Assembly (NCBI RefSeq): GCF_009914755.1
Contig: NC_060927.1
Length of the DNA: 64,000 bases
DNA from: the human T2T-CHM13v2.0 reference genome, Homo sapiens
Direction: 5' to 3' (one strand)
Part shown: piece by piece, positions 17,837-37,279 of the stretch
Position numbering within the stretch: the first letter of the stretch is position 1
Layout of the letters: each line of letters starts with the position of its first letter
Made by a program: the position numbers and the translations under genes
The notes under the pieces: generated by a model
The model's input: only the letters and a program-made list of their open reading frames with translations
Databases searched by the model: none
What the model was told of the DNA's origin: nothing

Positions 17837-18696
17837 TTCCTATATCTGAAGATTATAAGATTTTTTTCTCTTAACCCTTTCTCACTTTATCCTCCTTTCA
17901 CCTCCGTGGTGAGCTTGGGACACAGAATATTGTTAATGTATTTTTTGTATATTTCATGTTTCTAATTCCATCTTCTTTTGGTAATTTTGTTTTATTTATT
18001 TGTTTGTTTGTTTGTTTGTTTGAGACAGAGTTTCACTCTGTTGCCCAGGCTGGAGTGCAATGGCGCAATCTCAGCTCACTGCAAGCACCTCTTCCCTGGT
18101 TCAAGCAATTTTCCTGACCTCAGCCTCCCGAATAGCTGGGATTACAGGCGTGTACCACCACGCCTGGCTAATTTTTATATTTTTAGTAGAGACAGGGTTT
18201 TGTCGTGTTGGTCTCAAACTCCTGGCCTCAAGTGATCCGTCTGCCTTGGCCTCCCAAAGGGCTGGTAGTAAAAGCATGAGCCACCACGTCTGGCCTATTT
18301 ATTTTTGAGACAAGGTCTCGCTCTTGTCCCAAGCTCACCATGGAGGTGAAAAGAGGGTAACGTGAGAATGGGTTAAGAGAAAAAAAATTTTTTTTTTTTT
18401 TTGAGACGGAGTCTCCCTGTGTCACCCAGGCTGGAGTGCAGTGGTGCCGATGGCTCACTGCAACTTCCGCCTCCCGAGTTCAGGCCTGAATAGCTGGGAT
18501 TACAGGCACCCACCACCACGCCTGGCTAATTTTTGTATTTTTAGTAGAGACGAGGTTTCATCATGTGGGCCAGGATGGTCTCGATCTCCTGACCTCGTGA
18601 TCCGCCCGCCTCGGCCTCCCAAAGTGCTGGGATTGCAGGTGTGAGCCACCGCGCCGGGCCTGAGAAAAAAATCTTATAATCTTCAGATATAAGAAG
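17837..18696. repeat. Inverted repeat: 17837-17922 copied in reverse at 18325-18388 + 18661-18696
   Basis: By hand alignment, tatatctgaagattataagatttttttctcttaaccc...gtgagcttgggaca recurs as its reverse complement with ~6 mismatches in ~86 bp. Confidence 0.9.
17985..18295 (-). mobile_element. AluS/J
   Basis: Antisense Alu with a (TTTG)n tail. Confidence 0.9.
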
Positions 18697-18898
18697 GTTG
18701 CCCAGTTTGGAGTGCAGTGGTGCAACCTCAGCTTGCTGCAGTCTTTCAGGCAGTCCTCCCATCTCAGCCGCCTGAGTAGCTGGGACTACAGGCGCATGCC
18801 ACCACACCCGCCTAATTTCTGGGCTCACGTGATCCTATCTTCCTGCCCCAGCCTCCCTAAGTGCTGGAATTGCAGGTGAGAGCCACCACACCTGGCCT
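18297..18898 (-). mobile_element. Rearranged AluJ with a templated insert and a nested younger Alu (18388-18660)
   Basis: AluJ gagacaaggtctcgctct|gttgcccag is split at 18324/18697 and carries internal deletions. Confidence 0.85.
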
Positions 18899-20861
18899 AA
18901 TTATTTCTTTTATCTCGCTAATTACATTTAGTATTAACACAAGTTATTGAAACCTTGTTTATGTGAATTCATTGCTCATTGCCAGCTTTCTGTTTTACAT
19001 TTAAATTCATTAGTCATGTATACCATCTAGTGTACATTTTCAGCTAGTATTTTCACTAGGAGTACCTGGAAGCCACATTTAATGATTTAGATTGCTAACT
19101 TCCCTCAGAAATTCTGTTGATGTTGTTTTATCGCCTTGCATTAATCATTTTGTTTTTTTCCTGTGCCTGGATGGTGGTAGGAATTTTCCTTTTTCTTTTT
19201 TTAAAAATATTTTGACAGATTCTGTCTTGTACATGTTCACTAATGTTGCCTGAAACATTAGTTCCTTATGATCTTTGTACTTGGTGCTTTTTAAAAAATT
19301 TCCAATAATACTTTTGGTGATTACTTTTGTTTCAATTGTTCTGTTTCCTTCCTTGAAAACACATGTAATTATTAGGTTGGCTCACCATTTCTGTCCCCTA
19401 TGTGAACTGCTCAAAAGTTTGCCCTTTTTTACCACTCGTTTGATTTTTCTTTTTCACTTCTAATGTTGGCTTTATTTCTGCTATTGCAATCTTAATTTCT
19501 TAGTATCCTTTTAAAATTTATCTCACTTTTCTTAAATTATCTTATCTCATCCTGGTCTCTTCTCTCCATATACTCCTGTTTTGTGTCATTTGCTAAATTG
19601 TGACTGGAAGTTCCTGAAGTAATTTACCTTGTAAGTTAGGTTCTGCTTTTGTGTGAAGGGTAATCTTCCTTGTGGTTTTCTTTTGCTATTAGGATCAGTG
19701 CTGGATTTCTTACTGCCTACTTACCATTGAACAGTAACTGTTATGTCCTGTCTCATGTGCATTTGTCAGAGATGTGTGTGTGTTTTCCTTGCCTCTCCAG
19801 GGGACTGGAGTTCTGATGAAACCGCTTCTCAGATGTATTTCTGAGGGATAAATACACAGCTCCCGGCCTGATTTCCAGTGATGAACAGACATTCCTCTTC
19901 ATATGGTATTCTGGGCTAGGGTAGTAGGATCTTACCCTACCCTGTTTCTGTCTTTGTGAGTCTGAACTGATGATGTATGAGAGTGGCCCTCATTTCTAGC
20001 ATGTGCTGCTGTTACAGGTTTTCTGATTCTGATCTTACACCCACAACATAACACTCTCCTTGTTACTTCACTAAACCTCCCAGGAAGCAGTGTGTCCATT
20101 CGGGTTTTCCTGCCCTTACACAGCCCCGCTGGAACCTTACCTGCACACGGGCGCAGACACACACTTCCTGGTTTGCTTTCTGGAATTTGCGCCTGGTAAT
20201 CTCCCTGAATGTATGTTGAGAGATCACAGAAGATAAGGAACTGTGGCTGCCACAAAAACTGCCTCTGTGTAGCAAGGAGTGGCTGACCAATTCTTGATTC
20301 TGCCTTGATTCTTCAAAGCCGACTCTGAGTCTCCAAATAAAGCGATGGCTAGTAGGGAGAGACAAGATATCTTCATAGTTCTTTTAGGCAGATGATTGAA
20401 CTTTGTTTTATGAGGCAGAGCATGGCTGGGTCACGAGTCTTTTTGCAGTACAGTTGACCTTAAAGCTAATTGAAATCCTTCAAAGATCTCATATAAATTG
20501 TATTGGTGGAGATTTGGGACAGACTACGTTGGAGATTTCTGATTTGATAGCATTATTTACTAGAGTAAACCTGTTCCAATTTTTTGAAACTTAGGTAATC
20601 ACTTAAGTAGTAACATCAGTCTTGACCTTCATCTTTTAATAAAAGATTTTACCTCAGATTGATAGATTTTCACTTTGGTAGTAGGAGAATGGTATCTTGT
20701 TCCATTTTGCATCTGTTTGATAAATCTAGTGAGGCTGAAAATTTTTCCTATGTCTATGGACCCTCCCTCCCCATTTTTCCATTTTGAATTGCTATTTGGG
20801 GTTCATGGCCAAAATTAGGAAAAACTAGACTTCAGAGTGTTTACGCATTTCTTCTTCCGAC

Positions 20862-21456
<595 letters not shown>

Positions 21457-21938
21457 CCTTCCAACTTTTTAAGTAATCTTTCTTGTTGCTGACTTGTTGT
21501 CTCCCTGTTCCCTACCGTCAGGCAGTTTTGAAGCATTTTCTGAGCCTCGCCACTTGACTTCCTTTACGCTTTGTCATTGTTTCAGTTTTTTAATGTGGTG
21601 ATTGAGTGAAAGCCAAGGGGAAGAAGAAAAAGAGAAAAAAGGGTCACATTTGAATTACAAAATGCCTTTACACTCCCTGTGTCCTCTGTATATAGATACC
21701 TTCCTCTCTTTCTTTGCCTGACAAATTCCTTTTCATCCTTCAAAAAGCAATTCTGGGTTTTTTTTGCCTAATTACTCTCATCTAAACAGGAGCTCCGGGT
21801 CCCCCTTTCCAATGCGTTCCACTGGGCCCTGTCAGCAGCTTAACTCATTTCAGAGTAGTTGTTATTTGTGAGCTCCAAACTGAGACTTAATTCTTTTAGG
21901 CACTTAATAAATATTTGAATGAATGAATAAATTAGGAG

Positions 21939-22796
<858 letters not shown>

Positions 22797-23479
22797 GGAG
22801 AGATTTACAAAGAGTTTCTGTTATTTTTTCCATCCACGTCATTTCCCTGCTTAGTAACTTCTAGTGTGAAAATATCAAAAGCAGGTATCTCTGAGAAGTG
22901 GACTTAGGCTTATTCTTCTTTTCTTTTAGACCTTATTCTGGTTTGAGGTTTTTGTGATCATCATGTACTACTTTTATTATATAAGAATAAAAAAAAATTA
23001 ACCCCAAACCCCTCAAATTTCCAGGCGCTTCCTGTTGCCCAGACCCTGCACCATTCTGGCCCCACTCAGCCTAGTTTTATTTCCCACTGCTTGCCAGCTG
23101 TGCCCTGTGATCTCCTTGCTGTCTCATGAGCTACGTGGTACTTATGTTCCTGTTGCCTGGAATCCCGTCTTCTGGTCAGGAAGATGATCTGCGATAAATA
23201 CCGAGAATACTCGCGTTAGATACTGAATAGTGAGAGTTTAGACTCACGACCTGGGGTGTCATCTTGAACATACGGTGCTTAAGGGATGAGGTTTCTGGGT
23301 CAGTTTTATTGGTTGTGATGAACAAGATAAATGGAGCATTTGTCTTAGCTTCTAGAATAGTGACCTTAAAAGAGATAGAACAGTGAATGTATCTTCAAAC
23401 TTGCCTGGGTCTCCACTAGCCTAAAGAAGAAAAAACCCTTTAATTCTGATGCTGTCACAGATGAAATCCTTTCATTCAC

Positions 23480-24040
23480 TGATTTATTCATTCAAGAAGT
23501 AATGACTCATCACCTACTCTGGGCTAAACACAGTGTCCAGTGTGATGGTGATGTAATGGTCAACAAGATAGATACTCACTGGGTCCTTGCCTGTGGAGTT
23601 TATACATAGTTAGAGAAGACAGACATTAAAAGAAGAAATCCAGTGTGATGAATGTTGAGATAAAAGGAAATAAACCAATACTTGTGGCAGTGAAGAGGTA
23701 TCAGAGGTTTCCTGAGAGAATGACATTTAAGCTAGTACTTGAAGTAGGTGTTTGCCAGGTGGAGGTGGTGGGCAGAAAGTAGAGTCATCAGTTCATTCTG
23801 GTTTGTCCACGGCTTTCCTGGTTTTAGCACGACACGTCCCGTGTCCGGGGAGGTCATGTGCGAAAGCTTCAGATGGCAATTAAAGAAACAGTAAGAATAG
23901 AAAAAACTTAAAGCCTGAAGAGGGAAAGACTAAAGTGAGATGAGTCTAGAAAGTTAGACAGGAGCCTGATGATGCACGCACTGTTGGGCTTTACCTAAGA
24001 ACCATGAGAAGGTTTTAAGTGGGAGGATGAAGTGATAGTA
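23480..24040 (-). mobile_element. L2 fragment (with a MER96-like piece at ~23790-23850)
   Basis: ttcattcactgatttattcattcaa start and L2-like body. Confidence 0.6.
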
Positions 24041-24041
24041 T

Positions 24042-24376
<335 letters not shown>

Positions 24377-24892
24377 TAAAAATGGAAAAACTTACACATT
24401 TTTATTCTCATATTTTTCTGTCACTGGATAGAAACATTACTAGCAGAGTAAATAATCCAGATGCCTGTCTTCAGCCTTTTTGTCAGACATGAAGAGTAAG
24501 CATAGAAGGTAGGAGGCATGGCTGTGAGGTCGTTGAAGTGATCTTTTCCTGAACACAGCAAATACTATAAATGGTTTTTGTCACCATTGAAGTAGTCCCA
24601 TTGAGAGACTGCCTGATTATCCCAGTGATGCTTCCACTCTTCAGATTATTTCTAGAACTCTTCTTTTTGCATTGCCCTGGGAGCCTCTGGCATATTCTTC
24701 AGAGTTTCTTCTTCACCAGAGGCAAACTTTTCATCCTTGCCTGTGCCTCTGTTTCAGGTCAGTTTCTCTTGCTCTCTGCATCTATGTTTGGCCCAATTGG
24801 TTTCTTTCTTTTCCTTAAAAATTCCTTAAATTTTAAAAAAACAGATATTCATATACAGTAAAATTCACCCTTTAAGGTATACAGTTAAGTGG

Positions 24893-25220
<328 letters not shown>

Positions 25221-25527
25221 AGTTAAGTGGGTTTTTTAAGTGTGCTCACAAAGTTATACAGCCGTCCCCACTATCTAATTACAGAATATTTGCACCACCT
25301 CAGAGAGAAATACTGCACTGAATAGCAGTGACTCCTTATTTCATCTCCCCGCCGGCCCCAAATACCACTAATCTATTTTTTGTCTCATGAATGGAATGAT
25401 ACAATATGTGGTCTTTTGTGACTGGTTTCTTTCATTTAACACAGTGTTTTCAAGGTCCATCCATGCTGTGGCATCTCTCAGCACTTCATTCCTTTTACAG
25501 TCAAATGGTATTCCATTGTATGGGTGA

Positions 25528-25945
<418 letters not shown>

Positions 25946-26350
25946 CTCTGAGTATGATTTCTTACCTCATTGTTCATATTTCTACAGTGATAAGTAGGCA
26001 TCATCCATGTGCAGCCGCATTATGGGCCTGTAACCATGACCGGTCTGTGAGTTTGAGCAGTTTGAATGCATAAGGATGCATTCTTATGCTATCCAAATTA
26101 TTTGTGCTTTGCTGGTGAAGATTCTGAAACAAGGTGTGTCATTAGAAAGTGTTTACTTGTTTATAACGGCCTTAAACTACTGAAGGTGTATAGGATATTT
26201 ATGAGTCGTGATTCAAAGTGTGAGTTTAAACGTTTGTTGGTGCTTCCGTGTTAAAAGCATTATGTTAGATAGTGTCAGATAGGTACAGAGATGTATGGAA
26301 AGTGTTACCTGCCAGCCAGTTTATAATCTTGTAGAAAAAAGAAAAGTTAG

Positions 26351-28247
26351 GGCTGAGCACAGTGGCTCAAGCCTGTAATCCCAGCACTTTGGGAGGCTGA
26401 GGCGGATGGAGATCAGGAGTTCAAGACCAGCCTGACCAACATGGAGAAACCCTGTCTCTACTAAAAATACAAAATTAGCCGGGTGTGGTTGTGCATACCT
26501 GTAATCCCGGCTACTCGGTAAGGCTGAGGCAGGAGAACCGCTTTTTTTTTTTTTTTTTTTTTAATTTATTTTTTTATTGATAATTCTTGGGTGTTTCTCA
26601 CAGAGGGGGATTTGGCAGGGTCATGGGACAATAGTGGAGGGAAGGTCAGCAGATAAACAAGTGAACAAAGGTCTCTGGTTTTCCTAGGCAGAGGACCCTG
26701 CGGCCTTCCGCAGTGTTTGTGTCCCTGATTACTTGAGATTAGGGATTGGTGATGACTCTTAACGAGCATGCTGCCTTCAAGCATCTGTTTAACAAAGCAC
26801 ATCTTGCACCGCCCTTCATCCGTTTAACTCTGAGTGGACACAGCACATGTTTCAGAGAGCACAGGGTTGGGGGTAAGGTCACAGATCAACAGGATCCCAA
26901 GGCAGAAGAATTTTTCTTAGTGCAGAACAAAATGAAAAGTCTCCCATGTCTACTTCTTTCTACACAGACACGGCAACCATCCGATTTCTCAATCTTTTCC
27001 CCACCTTTCCCGCCTTTCTATTCCACAAAGCCGCCATTGTCATCCTGGCCCGTTCTCAATGAGCTGTTGGGCACACCTCCCAGACGGGGTGGTGGCCGGG
27101 CAGAGGGGCTCCTCACTTCCCAGTAGGGGCGGCCGGGCAGAGGCGCCCCTCACCTCCCGGACGGGGCGGCTGGCCGGGCGGGGGGCTGACCCCCACCTCC
27201 CTCCCGGATGGGGCGGCTGGCCGGGCGGGGGGCTGACCCCCCCCACCTCCCTCCCGGACGGGGTGGCTGCCGGACGGAGACGCTCCTCACTTCCCAGATG
27301 GGGTGGCTGCCGGGCGGAGAGGCTCCTCACTTCTCAGACGGGGCAGCTGCCGGGCGGAGGGGCTCCTCACTTCTCAGACGGGGTGGTTGCCAGGCAGAGG
27401 GTCTCCTCACTTCTCAGACGGGGCGGCCGGGCAGAGACGCTCCTCACCTCCCAGACGGGGTCTTGGCCGGGCAGAGGTGCTCCTCACATCCCAGATGGGG
27501 CGGCGGGGCAGAGGCGTCCCCCACATCTCAGACGATGGGCGGCCGGGCAGAGACGCTCCTCACTTCCTAGATGTGATGGCGGCTGGGAAGAGGCGCTCCT
27601 CACTTCCTAGATGGGATGGCGGCCGGGCGCAGACGCTCCTCACTTTCCAGACTGGGCAGCCAGGCAGAGGGGCTCCTCACATCCCAGACGATGGGCGGCC
27701 AGGCAGAGACGCTCCTCACTTCCCAGACGGGGTGGCGGCCGGGCAGAGGCTGCAATCTCGGCACTTTGGGAGGCCAAGGCAGGCGGCTGGGAGGTGGAGG
27801 TTGTAGTGAGCCGAGATCACGCCACTGCACTCCAGCCTGGGCACCATTGAGCACTGAGTGAACGAGACTCCGTCTGCAATCCCGGCACCTCGGGAGGCCG
27901 AGGCTGGCGGATCACTCGCGGTTAGGGGCTGGAGACCGGCCCGGCCAACACAGCGAAACCTCGTCTCCACCAAAACCAGTCAGGCGTGGTGGCGCGTGCC
28001 TGCAATCGCAGGCACTCGGCAGGCTGAGGCAGGAGAATCAGGCAGGGAGGTTGCAGTGAGCTGAGATGGCAGCAGTACAGTCCAGCTTCGGCTCCGCATG
28101 AGAGGGAGACCGTGGGGAGAGGGAGAGGGAGAGGGAGAGAGGAGAACCGCTTTAACCGGGGAGGCGGAGGTTGCAGTGAGCCGAGATTGTGCCATTGCAC
28201 TCCAGCCTGGGCAACGAGAGTGAAACTCCGTCTCAAAAAAAAAAAGA
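26351..28247 (+). mobile_element. AluSp/Sq host split by the SVA (26351-26544 and 28140-28247)
   Basis: The two halves join seamlessly; TSD agaaaagttag at 26340-50 and 28248-58. Confidence 0.92.
26545..28139 (-). mobile_element. Full-length SVA retrotransposon (SVA_D/E lineage)
   Basis: Minus strand: (CCCTCT)n ~28114-28139, Alu-like domain ~27750-28112, GC-rich VNTR ~27070-27750, SINE-R ~26575-27065, AATAAA and poly-A. TSD aggagaaccgcttt at 26531-44 and 28140-53. Confidence 0.97.
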
Positions 28248-28313
28248 AGAAAAGTTAGAAGCCAGGTGACTGAATTTCAAGGAAGTGTGCAAGTACCATA
28301 TGGATGGATGGGA

Positions 28314-28990
28314 CTGTATCATTCTGGGTCCAATCAGGAGAGAGAAGCCATACAGTAATTTGAACATGAAAAAACATAATTGACTGACTATAACAGGGTA
28401 ATTGAGTAATGAGGGATTAGCCAGTAAAAAAATAGAGCTCTAAAGAACATTGGAATAGCAAAAGTAAGAAGCAGCTACTTCCCCTAGGGCTGAGATAGAC
28501 CCCCCACCCCCTGCCTGGGAAAGAGCTATTCCTTTTCCCAGAGCTGAGATCCAGACCTTATTGGAGAGAGCGTGGTTGTAAATCACTGAATGGCAGAGAT
28601 GTTTCTGCCATTTAATGGTTCTTTGTTGGCCATAGTTGTTGGACATCTGCCCTTTAGGGTGCCAAGGAGAATTATTAACTCTGATACAAAACTGCTCAAA
28701 AAGAGTATGTGGGGTGGCTCCCTGTTCCAGTAGACTCAGTGCTGCTGGCCACCTTCCCCTATTGGAGTCTGATGCTGGAGGAGCTTCCTGCCCATCAGGA
28801 GTCTTGTGACAACTGGAACCAGGAAGCAAAACTCCTTTTCTTCTGTGATGTCTCTCCAGCGCCCTATATCCACAAAGCTTAGCATCGTGTCCCGGCAAAG
28901 GAAAAATGCTTGAAGGCCTCAGATCCGTTTTCGGAATGGACAGAAATGATGAATTTGGAATGGAGAGGCACTAGATCAGTAACTGGCAGG
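28314..28990. mobile_element. Old ERVL/MaLR-type LTR remnant
   Basis: tg...tccaatcaggagagagaagccatacagtaatttgaac ... taactggca; family uncertain. Confidence 0.4.
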
Positions 28991-29259
28991 AGAATGGTAT
29001 TAACTGCTGCGGGAGCTCAGAGACGGAGCAGAGGTCACATGACAGTAAAAGAAGTATTTGAGAAAGAGCTTAGAAGATGAGTAGATTTTTAAATTGAAGA
29101 TTGCTTACGTTTTCATGGCAAAATAGTATCTGCATTTTAGAAAAAATAGAATATAGACAAGTATTATTGTCTATTTTCTATAGAAAGAAAGGAAAGGCAC
29201 TCAGATCGCTGTCTACAAAGAGATCCAGTGTTAATTGCTTGATAAAAGGTGTCTGGCCA

Positions 29260-29538
29260 GGCTCTGTCACCCAGGCTGGAGTGCAGTGGTGTGGCACGAT
29301 CACGGCTCACTGCAAGCTCTGCCTCCTGGGTTCATGCCATTCTCCTGCCTCAGCCTCCAGAGTAGCTGGGACCACAGGCGCCCACCACCACGCCCGGCTA
29401 TTTTTTTTTTTTTTTTGTATTTTTAGTAGAGATGGGGTTTCACCGTGTTAGCCAGGATGGTCTTGATCTCCTGACCTCAGGTGATCCACCTGCCTCCGAA
29501 AGTGCTGGGATTACAGGCGTGAGCCACCGCGCCCGGCC
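29260..29538 (-). mobile_element. AluY lacking its tail
   Basis: caagctctgcctcctgggttcatgccattc; ttagccaggatgg. Confidence 0.88.
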
Positions 29539-29754
29539 TGCTGCTGCTTTTGTATCTTTGCAGAAAACAATTGGCTTTTAGGTGTAATAATGCTAAACTT
29601 TATAAACAGACACTGGGAAAAACTTCCTACTTTTGGTATTTCAACTGTGAAGTTTATTTGCATAACTTCTTTATGATAAGTTTGTCAAATAAACATTTTA
29701 GCGCTCTTCAAGTGACCTTTAGGAAGAGATTTTCTGATGGAACATCGTATCTTA

Positions 29755-30114
<360 letters not shown>

Positions 30115-30134
30115 CTAATTTAATTTAATTTAAT

Positions 30135-30883
<749 letters not shown>

Positions 30884-31296
30884 TGCCAAATTTTCTAAAG
30901 TAGTTTTGCCAGTTTATACTCCTGCCAGCTGTATATAAGAATTCTCTTTGTGCCATATTCCTGATAACACTTGATTTGAATCAGCCTTCTTGTTTTTTGC
31001 CATTGTAGAAGGTGTAAAATGGTATCTGCTAGAGGCCTTAATTTACATTTCATTAATGTCTGAGGTTGGACATATTCTTATGTATGTGTTCATTGTTTGT
31101 CATCACTTGTGAGAATAGATAATACAGGTATTACTCCATTATATTGGTGGTTAAATAAAGGGACTAAAAGGAAGAGTGATTTGGCTTTCAGTATGCAACT
31201 TGATAAGTGGCAGTAGTTTATTTGCCTAGACTGGCTAACATTGTTTATTTGAAAAACACATTTTGAGTTTCTGTGATGTATATAACACTTTGCTAG

Positions 31297-31629
<333 letters not shown>

Positions 31630-32364
31630 TCTTTTTTAAATTTTTATTTTTATATTTTCTTCTCAAAACTTAGTACCTTCTCACAAAGAGTAGAGTTCAG
31701 TAGAGGAAATATGATACATCATGGTAGCTGACAATAGAGGCATAACCTATAAATAATAGAGCTAATAACCCGGTCATAATCTGGTTAATGAGTGTTTGCT
31801 AACTGTGTAATACATATAATACAAAAAGTTACCATTATAGATACCATAATCTCTAAAGATGTAAGAACAGAACCAGTGCCAATTTACATTCAATTCTGTT
31901 CCGTATTTTGGTCTTCATTTAATTGTAAATGCAAATAAGGTGCATATGTCGTCTACAAAGCAAAAAAGTACAAGGATTTTCTTAAGTGATCAGTGGATGG
32001 CTATCTTACTACAAGCAGTATTGTTCATTCTTCATAAGCTGGTGATTTTATATAATTTACGGAGTTCCAAAAGCGAATATACCAAAAATATATATTCAGA
32101 GAAATCTAGGTTTTAACTTGGTCCCATCTCTCCCAAAGTAACTATTTTTTAAAATTTTGGTTCCTCCGCCAACCCCACCCCCGACCCATGCGGTAACTAT
32201 GGATGGTGATGGATGTCTTAATTTGATTGTGATAATTATTGCACAGGATATATGTATATCAGATCATCATGTTGAATATATGCAATTTTGTCAATTATAC
32301 CTCAGTAAAGCTGGGAAAAAATTATGGTTCTTCCATTTAAAAAAAAAATAGAAACAAGTACACC

Positions 32365-32366
<2 letters not shown>

Positions 32367-32410
<44 letters not shown>
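32367..32410. repeat. (GT)22 microsatellite
   Basis: Perfect run. Confidence 0.97.
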
Positions 32411-32412
<2 letters not shown>

Positions 32413-32819
32413 TGATACACCTTCCCCCCATCTCTTTTGGTAAATGATAGCATCCCATATATATTTTTTTCTTCCAACTGGTTTTCACTTCATATATTAT
32501 GGAGATTACTCCATGGCAGTATATGGAGCTATTTTCTCATTTGTTTTTATAGCTTCAAAATTATTTAGTGTAGAATGTTCTGTAGTTAGTTGAGCCATTC
32601 CCCTATTTATGGCTGTTTGAGTTACTTCCAGTCTTTTGCTGTTACTGATAATGCTACAGTGACAGCCTAGTGCATATATCTTTTTGTATTTTTGTGAGTA
32701 TATCCTTTGGATAGATTTTTAGAAACGGGATATATGGGTCAAAAGGTATATATGTAGTCGGTACTCCTAAACACTGTGTTATATTGCTTTCCTATGACTT
32801 GAAAATTGTAGATTATTAA

Positions 32820-33228
<409 letters not shown>

Positions 33229-33914
33229 TGAAATACATGTTTTTATTTGTAAATACTTGATCACAATTATACTAAAAGCCATTATGCAGTGACCAGAGAC
33301 TTGTGTCTATACATAGGGGTGACCACAGTGCGGTCTCATCATATGGACTCTGCTGTTGGTGACTCAACCAGCATGAGCACAGTATTGCTAGTGACATGAT
33401 TTCCAAAATTGTGAATAAACTTCTTGGTGAAGTCTGAGCCAAAGTACAAGCTCCTCTTGGTTCACATAGTGGTTGCATATCTGGAAAATTCAGTGTATGC
33501 TAAAACTGGAAAAATATTTTCATATGTGAAATAGAATTTTGTCCTCAGTTCAGATCATTATAAGTTTTAAAATGATAAATCAACACGTGGTGGGACACTG
33601 AGGAGTTGTGAGCACATTGCAAAACATCGGATACCTGTGGTCCCTGCTCATTGAATGCCAGCAGAACTGCTTTTCATTCCTAATCATGTTTATTTTTTAC
33701 TCTCTTTGTTTTGATTAATTTTGCCGAGATATTTTACTAGTTTTGCCCAAGACACTATTTTTGGCTTTATTGATAGTCCTTTTTGTATATTAGTTTTCTG
33801 TTCAGTAATTTCTGATTTATCTTGATTATTTCCTTCCTACATTCTTTGGATTTATTTTACTGTTTTTTATACTTCTTAGGTTGGATGCTTAACTCGTTAA
33901 TTTTTAGTTCTCCT

Positions 33915-36366
<2,452 letters not shown>

Positions 36367-36991
36367 TAAATCTCCATTCAGTTCTAAATATTTTTCAATT
36401 TTCATTATGTCTTTTTTTAACTGGGGTTTGTTGGAGGTGTTTTCAAATTTCTAAACATGTATTTCTTTCCTAGTTATCTTTTTGTTATTTTAAACTTAAT
36501 TGACTTTAAGAGTGTGTAGTGATTCTGGTCTTTTAAAAAAAACAATTGTCTCAATGTTTCTGTTTACCTCATTCTTAAAAAATAGTTTTGTTGAGTTTGC
36601 AGTTTATGTTGGCAGCTTCTTGTCTCAACACACTGATGATACTCCACTGTCTTCTTGCTTTCATTGTTGATATCAAGAAGTAAGCTGACCATTCAATTAC
36701 TGCTTCTGTGAAATTTGTCTTTTTTTCTCCTTTGGCCAATTTTAGGAATTCTTTGTCTTTGATATTATTAATATCACTACGATGTGTCTACTTGTAGATA
36801 ATTTTCTATCCTGCTTTTGATTCATTAGACTTCTACTTACAGATTTGTGTTCTTTATCAGTTCTGGAAATTTCTCAGCTATTAATTTGTTCAGTGGACCA
36901 GTCCTTCATTCTACCACCTTCTGGAACTCCAAGTAGTTGTATGTTAGACCATCTAATCTACTCATCTCCTCTTTCATATTTTCTTTTTCTG

Positions 36992-37279
36992 TTTTTTTTG
37001 AGACAGAGTCTTGCTCTGTTGCCCAGGCTGGAGTACAATGGTGCAGTCTCAGCTCACTGTACCTCTGCCTCCCAGGTTCAAGCAATTCTTCCGCCTCAGC
37101 CTCCTGAGTAGCTGGGATTACAGGTGCTTGCCACCACGCCTGGCTAATTTTGTATTTTTAGTAGAGATGGGGTTTCTCCATGTTGGTCAGGCTGGTCTCG
37201 AACTCCCGACCTCAGATGATCCACCCGCCTAAGCCTCCCAAAGTGCTGGGATTACAGGCGTGAGCTACCATGCCCGGCC
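36992..37279 (-). mobile_element. AluSp inside a degenerate L1M (~36350-37900)
   Basis: TSD tcctctttcatattttct. Confidence 0.9.

Noticed and set aside
23182-23226. Possible C/D box snoRNA (GATGAT...CTGA)
   Set aside because: No canonical RTGATGA C box, too short, and no terminal stem.
26566-28236. ORFs of 80-183 aa and a periodic CRISPR-like repeat pattern
   Set aside because: All lie in the SVA VNTR/SINE-R/Alu-like domains. The repeats have no unique spacers and there are no cas genes.
31922-31936. Sox-Oct composite motif (attgtaaatgcaaat)
   Set aside because: Spacing is one base longer than the canonical composite, and a lone octamer is expected by chance.
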